From the NCBI GenBank assembly GCA_002633005.1, contig NMRA01000143.1, positions 687,402 through 751,401 on the forward strand: a stretch of 64,000 bases of DNA. Direction: 5' to 3'. Below are positions 12,451-25,055 of the stretch, piece by piece (position 1 is the stretch's first letter; each line of letters starts with the position of its first letter). A program made the translations under genes and the position numbers. The DNA is from Phoronis australis. Taxonomy: Eukaryota; Animalia; Phoronida. The notes under the pieces are model-generated. The model did no database searches. It had not been told where the DNA came from and was given only the letters and a program-made list of their open reading frames with translations.

Positions 12451-15400
12451 ATACATACGTTACTTCCCACGTCTGTTTCTCTCCTCAACAGAGTTGTGGA
12501 AGAGTGTTCAAACAACCGTTACACTGATTGTTTACGTTTCACAATTTCACCAATAACACGAATGTTTCAAGTTTTAATATTTGGAGATATCTGTTATGTG
12601 CTTAGTAGTAGAATGAGGTGGAAAGCATAAAATAGATAGAAAATCAGAGATTGCCGGGGCGCACTGATGGCCTATTAAAAGGGAAAATTGTCAAACATTT
12701 GATTTGTAATGACATATTTAACCTATTTTTTCTGCAATCTAGAGTGAAGGAGCATTCGGATGATGGTCTAGTCTTTTCTTGCACCGGGGCTGAGACTAAA
12801 GTGGATTTGTAATTTGAGATAAAATATGGCCAAAATCGCTCTTTTTGGTCATTTTTGGCACCTCAATTTTTTCACGATGAATGTAACAAGGTCAAAAGAC
12901 ATGGCTTTGTTAATTTTCTTCATTTTTGAGAAACCCCATAGAGTGAACTTTCCACTGTCAGTTATGCTTTTTTCCGGTGTCCGAGACAGCTGTGTATACA
13001 AGGGCTCTGATATTGACCCAGGGAAGGGATAGGGTCAAAATCAGCCACTGGCACTTGGTTTTAGTCCTATACGTACATGCGCATATAGTTGGCAAAGTAC
13101 ACGATGTCATTAGCCGATGAAGCTGTGCCGCTTCAGTCCATAACTGCATTACTGACATACTTATTTACTCGGCACAGCAACCTCGACTTACAACATCACC
13201 CATTATTAAAACACGTGTAATTTAACATGTTTACACCATCACGTGACCATACATTGAGGATTTAACCAGTCCACATTTCTTCGCCAACTCCATTTTCTTT
13301 TCCAAGCACGGGCGCATCAAGACTTAAATAAAATGTGTCGCTCATGTCTTTTTTCTAAAATTAAAGGACCCAGTTTATCCACAATGTCCCTTCCTTTAGC
13401 TCAGGCCAGCTTGCCACGATGATTTTATCAATATCACGTTTTATCTCTTATTTCGCAACCTCGGGTCAAAGTTCATTGTAATGCTGTGAGATGAATGCCT
13501 ATTTATACACTCGACTGTTTCCGGTGACCCAAAAGTGACGTTTATAATCGTCTGCTTCAGATTAAAATAACATCATTCACGCACATAGCAAGTGGTGGGA
13601 ACTGGCAGCTGTGTATCTTTCTGCCAGGCAAAGACGAGTACAACTGAGAGTTTTTGTCACCCATCCCGCCTTCAACGGGTGGCAATCCCCTTTGCTCTCC
13701 CAGATATCCAGCTGTACTCCTCCATTCGGTGGTGAATCACTGTACATGTAGAAACAAATTTTCATGCCTGGAATAAACCAGGAGCCCCTTTCATGAACAA
13801 TGACTTAAAAATAAGTCAGAAATTTGGTCGTGCGTCCCAAAAATAATTACATCTCACTTGAGCGATGCAGTTTCAGAAAATAATAAACTCCATACATGTA
13901 AATTATTATTCATAGTTTACTTCAGTAAACTGAACGCCAGTCCTTTTTACAATACGCTACAACATAAAAGTAAGATAGCACTAAAATAAACCATGTGTTC
14001 ACGAAAGTGAACCTTATTTACACATACTGAACTGTGAAGTGCTTATAACTACTTAGTGAAATCTTTTTTCAGAAACTAGGAGTGTTGTACAAAGATTATG
14101 CCTGAAGTCTATATTCAAGAAAAACAGACCCCTCCTTGCAGGGGATGGGGTGTTGCAGCGGCGGATCTAGGATATCGTAAGGGGGGGCCCAACATGTTGC
14201 CTCGGGGAATTGGGCAAAGCGCGATTGTATGTGCAACACAGGGGGAAGGTTGCGGCGGCCTGAATGTTTGGAAAAGCTATCGGTGGACTAAAAACAAAAA
14301 AAAAACGGGAACGCGATTCCGTTTCGCCCCCCCCCCNGGCTCCCTGGGCATCCCTTAAATCCGCCTATGTGTTGGGTCTTCAACTGCCAGCAGGCAGCTC
14401 TCAGCAGAGGTGGTGAAATTGCACCCGGACTTTGGTTGGTTACGACCCTCACCTCATGTGCGCTGTGCATGTATGCAGCTCTCGAAGTGATTAAAATTTG
14501 ACATTTCATTTTGTGTCGTGAGATGCCTTGCAGGAGTAAAATGCCGTTAACAAGTGTCGACACCTGAATTAACACCTGAAGCATTTCATTTGAAGTGATG
14601 GATGCTTGACAATGTTGAAAAGGTTAATGTAACGTGACCATGCTTTTTTACCTGATACCTGCCATCACGTGTCATGTTCTCACAACGTATGCTTCGGACA
14701 AAATCAAGGTGCGGATTCAGGAGGCGGGGGAGGGGGCGGCGGCTAAAAAGTCAGGGTTCTCCTAAATTTTTACCAACTTAAGTGTCCACTTCTGAGATCT
14801 AACAAGTCAAAACGAAGTTGGTCAATACTTTTCCTGTAAATACACAATTAATGAATTTTGGCGCCCTAATGCTCTCAAACCAAGATATCACATGGAGGCC
14901 TACATTCAAAATCCATGATGACCACAGCAACTTATCAAAAGTAAGAAAATAACAGTTTGCTTTCACCTGGCGACGTGTTCTGTTGCGTGAAACAACCCCA
15001 AATTAAATAGAGACTCGCTATGTTCTTTTAATTTTAACTGCATTCGTGGACTTATGAAAACACTGACTGAACCTTTTTATCCTGTTTTGTTTTCATGTTT
15101 GACTTTGATGGATATCTAGACTAAATTCTACTTCGACTTCTCAATATGTTTGAAAACATACACGTAACTTTTCACACAACGCCCCTAATTTAAAAACCGA
15201 TGTCCTATTCATTGCCATTGAAATAAGGGGCTCAGTTTTAGAAAGGCCATTAGTCAAAGAAGAGCTCATAAGATAGCAAAACATGTTATTTGTTAGTAAA
15301 CTAGGACACCTATACGCAGAAGATTTAGGGAACTTAGTATTTGAGGGCCTATTTGAGACTGTTCCAGGCGTGTAGGCCCTACAGCTGTCTTGGATTTGCC

Positions 15401-18231
15401 GTCACATATTTTTTTCCGTGAACGTGGTTGTCAAAAATGAAAGATTCCAAATGTTCACGGAATTTCTTTATTTTTGACCACCGAGCTCGGATCTAATTTG
15501 AGTCTTGGGAGAAAGTCGTTGCTCACCTGGGATGGTCGAATAGTGTTGCAAGGCGCCTAGTTTGTTACTTAACATATTCCTGTCCACAAGTGTCATTTTT
15601 TCAAACACTCAATGCCTATGGACACGGACACAACGTTTACACGGATACAACGCTGTAGTTTCAATGTCCCAATGAGTAACTTCAACTATGCAGCTAACCT
15701 GAACACGCGTTTCTAAATAGGGACCAAGATGGCGTTCTCCGCCGCGCACAGTCCGGCATGGGCAGGCACATGATTTATTGCACGAGGTCAGTTCATTTGC
15801 AGCAACGCTTTACCTAGGCAATTACATCGCCCTTGATGCCGCAGAGATGCAGGGGCGATAGTAGGCCTACATTCCCACAAAAAGTTACGAATGTCAAAAT
15901 ACAGGAAATAAAATCAAATGAAACATGCATATATGCACATGGAGTTATAATTAACACATACCATAAGTCTGGAGACGATTCAGTCAAGATAATTTGAAGA
16001 ATCGATGAAAATCGTTCGAGTTTCTCTTACTCGGGTGCCATTTTGAGAAAGTTACGTGAAATCACGCATGTTGACGAATAAAAAGTCCAAGAGACACAAA
16101 TCTTACAAATTTCACGTGATACCTTCCCATGTTATTTTGCAAGTGTCACGCGCCAGCGTCACGCGTTTCGCTCAGTCTCGCGCTAGCCTTTGCCTAACTC
16201 ACGTGACTCACTTGAAATACTTTGTGGTTATCGCGCGCGTGGTGAAAAAGTGGAGTTGGAATTCTTCGCCAGTCACATTAATTCTCGTAACTATGCTTCG
16301 TTGAAGATATGTGTAGAAAGTAAGCGCTTTTTTAAGTGATAGTTTTAAGTGTGGAATGTATTTTTGACGAGGTGAAAATTCCTAATCGGTGGTCGGATTT
16401 GGCCTACCGCCCGTTTGAAATACACAGGACGAAATTCGAATAGAAAGCGATGGGAAGTATTGAAGCCCCTTACCGGCCAACCGAGGGGCTACGTGTTGCC
16501 TACGCTCTACCGGGTTCAAGCTATAACTGACAAATGTCTCACACGCAAACACTATACCAAGCAGTCATTTGAGGTGATGCGTCGGAATTGTAATAACAGA
16601 TTTCTTCAAATTTCGAAGCGGCGGTCGACCAAAAGATTTTCGTCGTGGCATTCCCCGCAGTGTACAGTTCTATTGCGAAGCGGTTCAGTATACATGTACA
16701 TAAAAATAACGGGGGGAAGCTATCTATGACAGACAAGCCTTAAAGATAGCGTCCATACTTGGCCTAGTGTTTAGGGAGAACGACCAGATGCTCAGTTGGC
16801 TTCTGGATCGGCATACATTCTCTAACTTGAGGCTAAAATCGTTATCTTAATACATGTAACGCGATATCTGGGTTACGCTACCGAAAATATCTAAGGGTAT
16901 GTCGCATGTTTCCATACTGATTTCAATGTTAGTCTTATTGTGGTTGAAATCTTTATTATGAATTATCTAGGTAACTACTTTTCTAAACTTTTGACAAGCA
17001 TGTTCAGTTTGATGTAAATACTGTATGTATGGCCAGTCTTAATAGAAGTTGTAGAACAAATATTAATGCACACACATGGAATATAACGGTAGGCAGGTAG
17101 CTTTCTGCAAACAAGTACTAAATAGAAATAGATGTACTGCCCTAGCCAATATGCAAAATAATGCTTATGATAATTAGGAAATATTGAACCCTGTAAGCTA
17201 ACCGAAATCCAATTTACTTTTAATTATTGTACCATTTTTACAAACCCACGGCATAAGGACATTCTTAGTTCGACTATGGATGCCGTTGTTTCCACTAAAT
17301 CCACAAGGATCGAGTTCTCTCCAGCAAGCAGAACATGATACATCTAGCAGTTTATCGTTGTGTGCTTCGTGTTCTCGCGCTGGCGCGAGACTTCGCGTAA
17401 AGTGTAATTCAAATCACATTCAAGCAGCTATGAACCATGTTTTGTTGTTCTACACATCAACTTACTTCACACATGTATTTTAACTTCCAAATCAACGCCA
17501 ATGCGTTCTTATACTTTGTTTTGGGCCTACTAAATCACCTGCCTTGGCTAGCATCTTTATGGGCCTGACCTGATCTTTCAATACTGAATGTTGGCGAGAA
17601 TGAGTCAAATGTTACATACATGTACATGTAGCTTCGTTGTCTGACAGGCGGTGTTAAAGGGGTGGGGGCAGGGTTGGGATGGCCTCCCCTCTGGGGTTAC
17701 GAACAAGTAAAAAACAAAACAAAAATCCCCGAAGCCATACCTTTTAACAAGCAAGGACAAAATTTCCCATCTAAAATAGTGGTTTTACCTTAACCTCGTC
17801 CCGGCCTCTAGTGAGCAGCCGGATTGTTAACGAAAGTAACGCACCAACATTCCTCCATAGCCCCCTACCACCCTTACCATCGACACCGATTGTGTCGTAG
17901 GCTAGACCCCTATTGGAGGTTAGTTGGCAATGTAAAAGCTGGCATTTTGTACACATCTCGAATTCTTAAGCGAATAGTTTCAGCATTTGAAACCTTTATT
18001 TAAACAACGGGAGATTCCAGAGCGGTACACGGTGACTGTTAAGATACAGGGATTGGCTAAAAACAGAGCAGTTGGCAACGATATTCGCCAACAGTCTCAC
18101 TGAGGCAGCTTGTTGCAAAAATCCGTCTTATAACATAGATGGTTTCTTGGCCGGGTTAAGACGTAGTATTCAACGTCAACGATTCCCCCACACAACTTCC
18201 TGGATCCGCCGTTGAAAATGTTATCTCAGTT

Positions 18232-18285
18232 TTGATTTAAAAGCTCGCCATCTCTCGTGACTGCTCCAGACACGCCTGACCCACT
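18232..18285 (+). promoter_or_regulatory. Putative core promoter/5'UTR of gene B (TATA-like GATTTAAAAG)
   Basis: AT-rich TTTAAAAG about 45-50 nt upstream of the ATG of the signal-peptide exon. Positional inference only. Confidence 0.35.
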
Positions 18286-21200
18286 ATGATTAGTCTGCGT
18301 CTGATAGTGATTGTCGGGGCTTTGCTGGCCTACGCCAACTCAAAGACTGTCCATAAACGCGCAGGTACGTGTTATTGAACTTAACTTTTCCATCGTGGCT
18401 TATGGAAGCAAATTGTGGGCATCAGAAATATTATTACAGGTAATTAACCGGTGTTCAGACTGTTTAGACTATCGTTGCCATTCCAGGATTACACGAGACA
18501 AATGACGTTTCAAGGTTTGGGAAATAGTTTGTGCTTTGTAATTTAAATATGAATAATAATAAAACGCAAAAAATAATGCCAAGGTACAAAATAAGATAAC
18601 AGGCTTTCTTTAACTTTGCTCCTAAGTTAGACTTACACCAAGTCCAGTAGTTGTGAGCGCATGTCGACAACAGTGTATCGGTTAATAGACAAGTCGTTCA
18701 CACGAAGCTTGCACGTCCTCGATGGATTTCCTCTGAATTTCCTCCTCCAATTATGTTTTTCCCATAAAAAGTGTTATTTTGGGTTTGAAAAGAATTCACA
18801 GTTAAGTTTATGTAGAAACCAACAAAAATGTTCAAATTTGGTTAACTTCGCAAAATCATATCTCAGGAACGGCTGGTGGGAGCTTTTGTGAACTTTCAGA
18901 CTCTAAGCAAAGTTCTCCAAAACCACAGTAGGAATTGTTTTTAAATTTGTCCATTTTTACATAAGGAGTAAGTCTTTCATGGAAAAATCTGAACTACACG
19001 ATTAACACCTAAGACGAAATGATAATTTAAAAAATGTAACTGCGTTTTTTGAGTGCAACGGTTCATTCCAAACACTTGTATCAATTGATATTCAAATTGG
19101 GGTTGTTGTTGATACCGTTGTTGTGCTGTGAATGTGGTTGCTAAAGTTTACTAAGAAGGCAGGGTCATGTGATCCATCTCATGGAATATGAGTAAACAAC
19201 CAAAAATCAAATTTTACAGACTTAATACTTTCAGAAAATACATACTTTTACCGAGAGTAAAAATTATTGATTTTATAATTATTTGAGTGACGGCCCAGAC
19301 TTGTCGATAAGGTCATGCATAACGAGCCAAGGTCAAGCTAACTCGCAGACTCTAGTTTTGACACAAGAAACAAGCTCCCAGCTTCTCCTAAGGTCAGAAA
19401 TAACGTTTAATTAAGGAATAAGACGACACAACTTTTTAGTATGGTAATAACATACACCAAATTTTGTTTTTTGGCGGAAGGTAGGTTTATAGAAACCTTA
19501 TTTTAAGCAGCCCGTCCATGCAATGGTATGTCAGACAGAACATCAAATAATTTTCAGATATTAATGCCCACGTATTTATACCAAATATACTTTTGTTTGT
19601 ACCACCCGGTACCGGCGAGGCCCACAGAAAGTCAAATTGGATATTCTTCCCTGCTAATGGCGTGCTCCAAAGTGATAATTGGAATATAATGCGCATTTCA
19701 GGCAACGGCTGCTCATACAAAGGAAACACGTACAGTGAGGGACAGACTTGGGATGATGGGTGCACTTATTCGTGTGTCTGCAATGACGGCAATACGGGGG
19801 AATGGCAGTGCAAGGCTAAGTACGATCCCCTCTGAAATAGCGCGTTCTGAGAACATGTTTGTCACCGCTCGTCAACATAGGAATTTAATCAGCCGGACAA
19901 AATCAACAATAGATTTGATCATGGCAAAGTCATGTTAGAAGCAATCGATCATGCTCAAATTACTTATAGTCACCCTGTCTTGAAACTTGTGAGTGGTGCC
20001 ATGCTAAACCATGCACCGTTGCCATAGTAACTAGCTATCAAGCCGACTAAAATCAGCAAATTTCAGATTTTAAGAGCAGTCACGTTAGAAGCAGGCAACT
20101 GTGTCCACAACACTTGGGAGATTCTACGTTGAACTTCGGAGTGTTGCTTAGCTGATTTGGACATCGTTACCATGGTAACCACCGGGTATTCTGACAGCCA
20201 AAACACCAATTTTAGGCTTGATGGCAGTCATGTTACAAGCAGGCAACCGTGCTCAAAGCATTTTAATGAACCTCCATAAAACGGGGAGTTGCTTAGCTTG
20301 AATGTGCATTGTTGCCATGGTAACCGTACATTTTTTTTGAATTGAAACAGAGAACATCACATGCCAACGGAGCTTTGAAAAATTTAAACTGCCTCAAGCA
20401 AACACTTATTACAACCAACAGAACTATTTTAATAATTCAAAAATGGTTGCCAGCCAGGGGCAATTCACGAACACAAAAATGGAAATAGCCTTTTTAACAA
20501 CATAAACGCTGCCTACAGCTTATGCAATAGATTTGCATAAAATATGTCTAAAAGCAAACACTTATGGCTGGTATAGGATATCAAAACCAGAAGAACAATA
20601 TTGAAAATCGAAAAATGGTTGCCTTGGCAACCAATTTAAATAAACCTGTTGCTGACAGTCATTATTTCATGTTGATTTGAAAACAATTATATAGATATAG
20701 TTCTCCAAGAAAAGTTCAAAGTAGAAAAATCGAGAAAGTATCGAATAATTTGGTACGAATAGGCGTTTTTCATATTCCTCAAAGTATTTGTTTTTATCTT
20801 CTACTGTTTCCAAACACCAGTTTATTTGTTCTTATATAATAGCTAATCTGCACTTAAGAATTTATTAATTAAAGTTTGATAACAATCAAAATACTACGCC
20901 GTTTTATATTTAATACTTTCAATTTCAGTCAAATCAATAGCTTAGGATTTCTAACAGAACTCGTGTGGAATAGTGGATTTGCAGCGCAAACGAACTACGC
21001 ATTGCGCATGTGCGAGTTACTTCCTGCGCGAAGGCTCATGGGATAGCTTGTGGTCAGGCATGTCTTGAGGAGGCTGGATAGTGCGTGCATTTGGAGTGAT
21101 TTGCAAAATAAAATCCATGTTTCATTTTTTTGCTTTATAATACCAAGCAAGTCCTCTCTCTCGTTTGTAAACACAGCGCAGCTATTATCAGCGACCTTGC

Positions 21201-24200
21201 TTTTCAATGGCTGATGTAAACAAGTTGTCCTTGGCCTTCATCAGTGAAAATGGTGCTTGCTTAATTACCTCATGTCCTACTTCGCTACCTCACTACCGTA
21301 AGCCAAGTTTAAAGATAATGTTATTATCGCAATTTAAATAATCGATGACTTTGGTAACTTGCAATGTTGATTTCAGCAACCTCCCTATGAGTGACAATTT
21401 TAGGTGATTGCGATGTACATGTATTGTATGCTTCCAACATGACTTTGTCGTCAACATTTCATTTATAGGACTTGTCAAGGTTTGGTCGGCTGAGAATTAT
21501 ACAGTGTAATTTCAGTGGAGTGTCATTTCAGGCAAAGCAATTGGGATGTGACTGTAGCTCACATTTTCAGAGGTGGTAATCCGTTTGAAACCTAACTACG
21601 GTCCGCAAACACTTATTAACCTCGGTGCGAAACACTAAATTAACCTCGTTGCGAAACACTAAATCCGGTTAGCTGTTTCTAATCAGCGGTGTTTTTTAAA
21701 ATCGATGTAGCGATGCTATATTTTAGTTGTGCACATACCAAAAAAGCCACCTGATGCCAGTTAAAATTGGTTGGTATATCTTTCCCTTAATCGGTGAGGC
21801 GTGGGCTTCAAAAATTAGTCGGGCGCAGACCAGAACTAATTATGCTTTTTACCTTTTTTCTTTTGATCATAATTTCTATACTAGACAAATGTTTACAACC
21901 GTTGTTGCTTGTCCTGGTTCCTTACAAATAGTCTGTAAAAGCTTTGTTCCGAAACTTCGAAACCTTAAAGATTTCAAGCGTTACCAACTGTTATAAAAAG
22001 TTGTCTACTGTCTGATGTTAAATTTGTAATTTGAGGCTCTTTAACAAATTCCTTTAAAATTAAAAAAGCAATATAGTTTCTATATTGTTTCCCTCAGGTG
22101 TCCTAGCTGGGGTACTCTTCCACCTGCCTGTACTCTGAGTCCACCGTTGCCTGGGAACTGCTGTAGCTACCCGAAGTGTCCAAGCGGATATACGATCAAA
22201 TATCCTAACGGTCAGTGAGAGAACTTAATACTGTCAGAATCAGATGTTCTGTTAGACAACACTGGCTAAATCGGAAACGTGGACGATCATTGACCAAAGT
22301 ATTGACACTGGAAATGTCTCATGACCCACAGTCGTGTAACTAACCTGGTCAACAAGCTATTCAATCATACAGATGACATATTCGCTTTCGCGCGTACCCT
22401 ATCACCATTCTAATTGTTTTAATTAAAATGAAATGCATTCTTGCGTGACAAATTGTACCCACGCCATGTTGTTTGCATTGTATAAGTATATTATCCGGTA
22501 TAGTTTACTGTCAAATCTCGATCAGTAAATCAGTGACAGTAGTAGAAGAGCTACTATTGTACAGGTTTGCTTTCGACCATAGAAACCAAGACCTTCGGAT
22601 ATTTTAGCTCATGTTAAAATGATTTCATTCCATCAAATTTCAATTAGAATCTGTAATTGTGCCATACTATTCATGTTTTTGTTTGCGTGATTGGTTGATA
22701 CTGTATGTTTAAGCCCACATAAAAACGGATGTGGGTAAATAGCTAGGTTTGATGAGATACTCACCATAGGGTTAAAAGAGCTGAAAGTTGTACTGCCAAG
22801 TGATGTTATGTTCTGTTTTGATTCCAATTCAATTTATGCGCACAGATCGTCACCAGATTTGCTTTTGGCCAGGACACTATTTTGGTTTTAGCTAATAACA
22901 TTCGGATCCATTGACCTGAGTGCATAATCCCATCTTGTCATTTTTTGCTTCAATGATCACATTTTTCACATTCGGTGCCGTGGCCCGGATTCCTTCAGCT
23001 CGTCTTGAACACAGCCAGGGATATTTCCACTATTTCATGAAATTTGTAAATTAAGCCTCTTGGTTACAGGTTACAAGCCCGAACCTGGAGTATCAACAGG
23101 CACAGAGGGTGGGACAGGAACGGGGGGCACTGGAGGAAATACGAGAGCAGGTACGTGCCTGTCACCAGAATCATACGACTCACGTGGTCTTTACGATTGT
23201 AATTATTTCAGTCCGATAATCTACAATTGCAGACCAACTTAAGGCCTCCACCGCGATTTGGAGTTTTTCTCAGTTACGGAAGCAATTTAAACTAACTAAA
23301 GGAGCTTGCATGAGAAAAGCCTACCATGCTGCAAACGGTCCCACGAAATAAGCTAACCAGGACAAAAACAGAGCACATATGGTTTTCTAAACGTTACGGA
23401 GGCACAAGGGGCTCAGGCAGTCCAACGGGTGGTGATCACCAAGTTGTTGGTGGGGAAAACGTTTGACGATCAGAGGAGATAGAGAAGACCAGGTGGCGAC
23501 CGAGTCTTTCCAACACATCTTTGAAAATATTTTGATACTAAATTTGAAACATCACTCCAGCCGTCACACTTCCGTGTGACATTTTGTCTCTTGTATTTTG
23601 TTTATTGATGTAATATCTTTGAACTCTATTTCCAGGCTGCATGTACACGGATGGTACAGTTCACAAGGTGGGCGAGACGTGGAGTGACGGATGTAAATAT
23701 CATTGTACATGTAAAGACGCTGCTGGCAACTATGAGTGCAGGCACAGGTGCGTCAGGTTTTTATCTATAACCACTATTAACCATTACTTATTCAATTTCG
23801 TTAAACTGTTCAAATGTTGTTCATTCACGTATAGTCTAGGGTGGAAAAATAAATGCAGTAACGACTGCATGGGAAGGGGCGATGATTCAAAAGTGGTATT
23901 GTTTCGGTCGGATTATCTCAGTATCATTCGGTACCGTCTCAGGTGTCCATTTTTGCCATATTTCAAATCGTCGAATGTCCGTATCAGTGTTCCCACAGTA
24001 TTTTAAAGTTAATTGTCCCAGTTTGATCTAATCTCTCAAATTTTCTGTTTCTTTTTCTTTCCCACCAGGTGTCTCCAGTGGAATCTGCCTTCGTTTTGCA
24101 AAATGGATCCACCAATTCCTGGATTCTGTTGCGGCATGCCTAGATGTACATGGGACGTAACGTTTAACTTCCCCCCTGGGTGAGTTTCGTATATCAGGCT

Positions 24201-25013
24201 AGAAAAGAAAAAACAAGTCCAGCATGCAGCTGGGTGTATTCAATCATTATATAAAGAGCATAAACCCCGCTTAAGCTAGTTTCCAATCCTTGTGAACACT
24301 ACAAAATGCTACCTTTGTCTTCCAGTGAACTGTATGGCATAAACTACAGCTGACCAAACAATTATTTTAACGAAATAATAAAGCAGGGTTCAGTGTTCCT
24401 TCAAGTGATCTGAGATCAATTGCAGCTCACGTGCAGCGAGAAATTTCCAAGTCAAGTCCATGCATCACTGCTATAGTTTACCAGAAATTCACATCGGCTG
24501 ACCAGTAGGGCGCTCGTTGTCAGACGCAAAAGATTATTTCATCAACGTTACTTCTAGTTGTCTTTTTAAAAAGATTTTTACGAGAGACAGATGAGTCACT
24601 TTACCAGAAAGACTTGGTAATTTGATCATATTGGTCTTTTCGTTTCCCTAGTTACGAAAAAGAGACTGGATTCTTCGCCAATGGCAACCGTTACATCCCT
24701 GATGGTACTGGTGACAGTGACGGTGGTGGCAACGGTGGCAATGGCGGTACAGATGGAGGAAATAGTAAGAGTCACCTTTTAAAGCCAATTTATATTTTCT
24801 CGCATTGCCGTCTTTTTTCGACAACGATTATTTTCCAATGGAAGCTGAACATTTGTCATGTGGTCCCATTTGCCTTAAATTTACTACAACGTCTCTAGTG
24901 TGACCCAGACATAAAAATGTATCCTATCGAGCAGTCTTCGGCCGGGTGTCCTTTGATAACAGAACGCGTCTACACGAATGAAGCAGCACTACCGCAAATG
25001 CACACGAATCATA

Positions 25014-25055
<42 letters not shown>

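Noticed and set aside
15700-16900. CpG-rich stretch with CACGTG boxes, CAAGATGGCG and donor-like sites suggesting a hidden promoter or gene between A and B
   Set aside because: No coherent spliced ORF could be assembled; it may be TE-derived or non-coding, but this is unsupported without transcripts.
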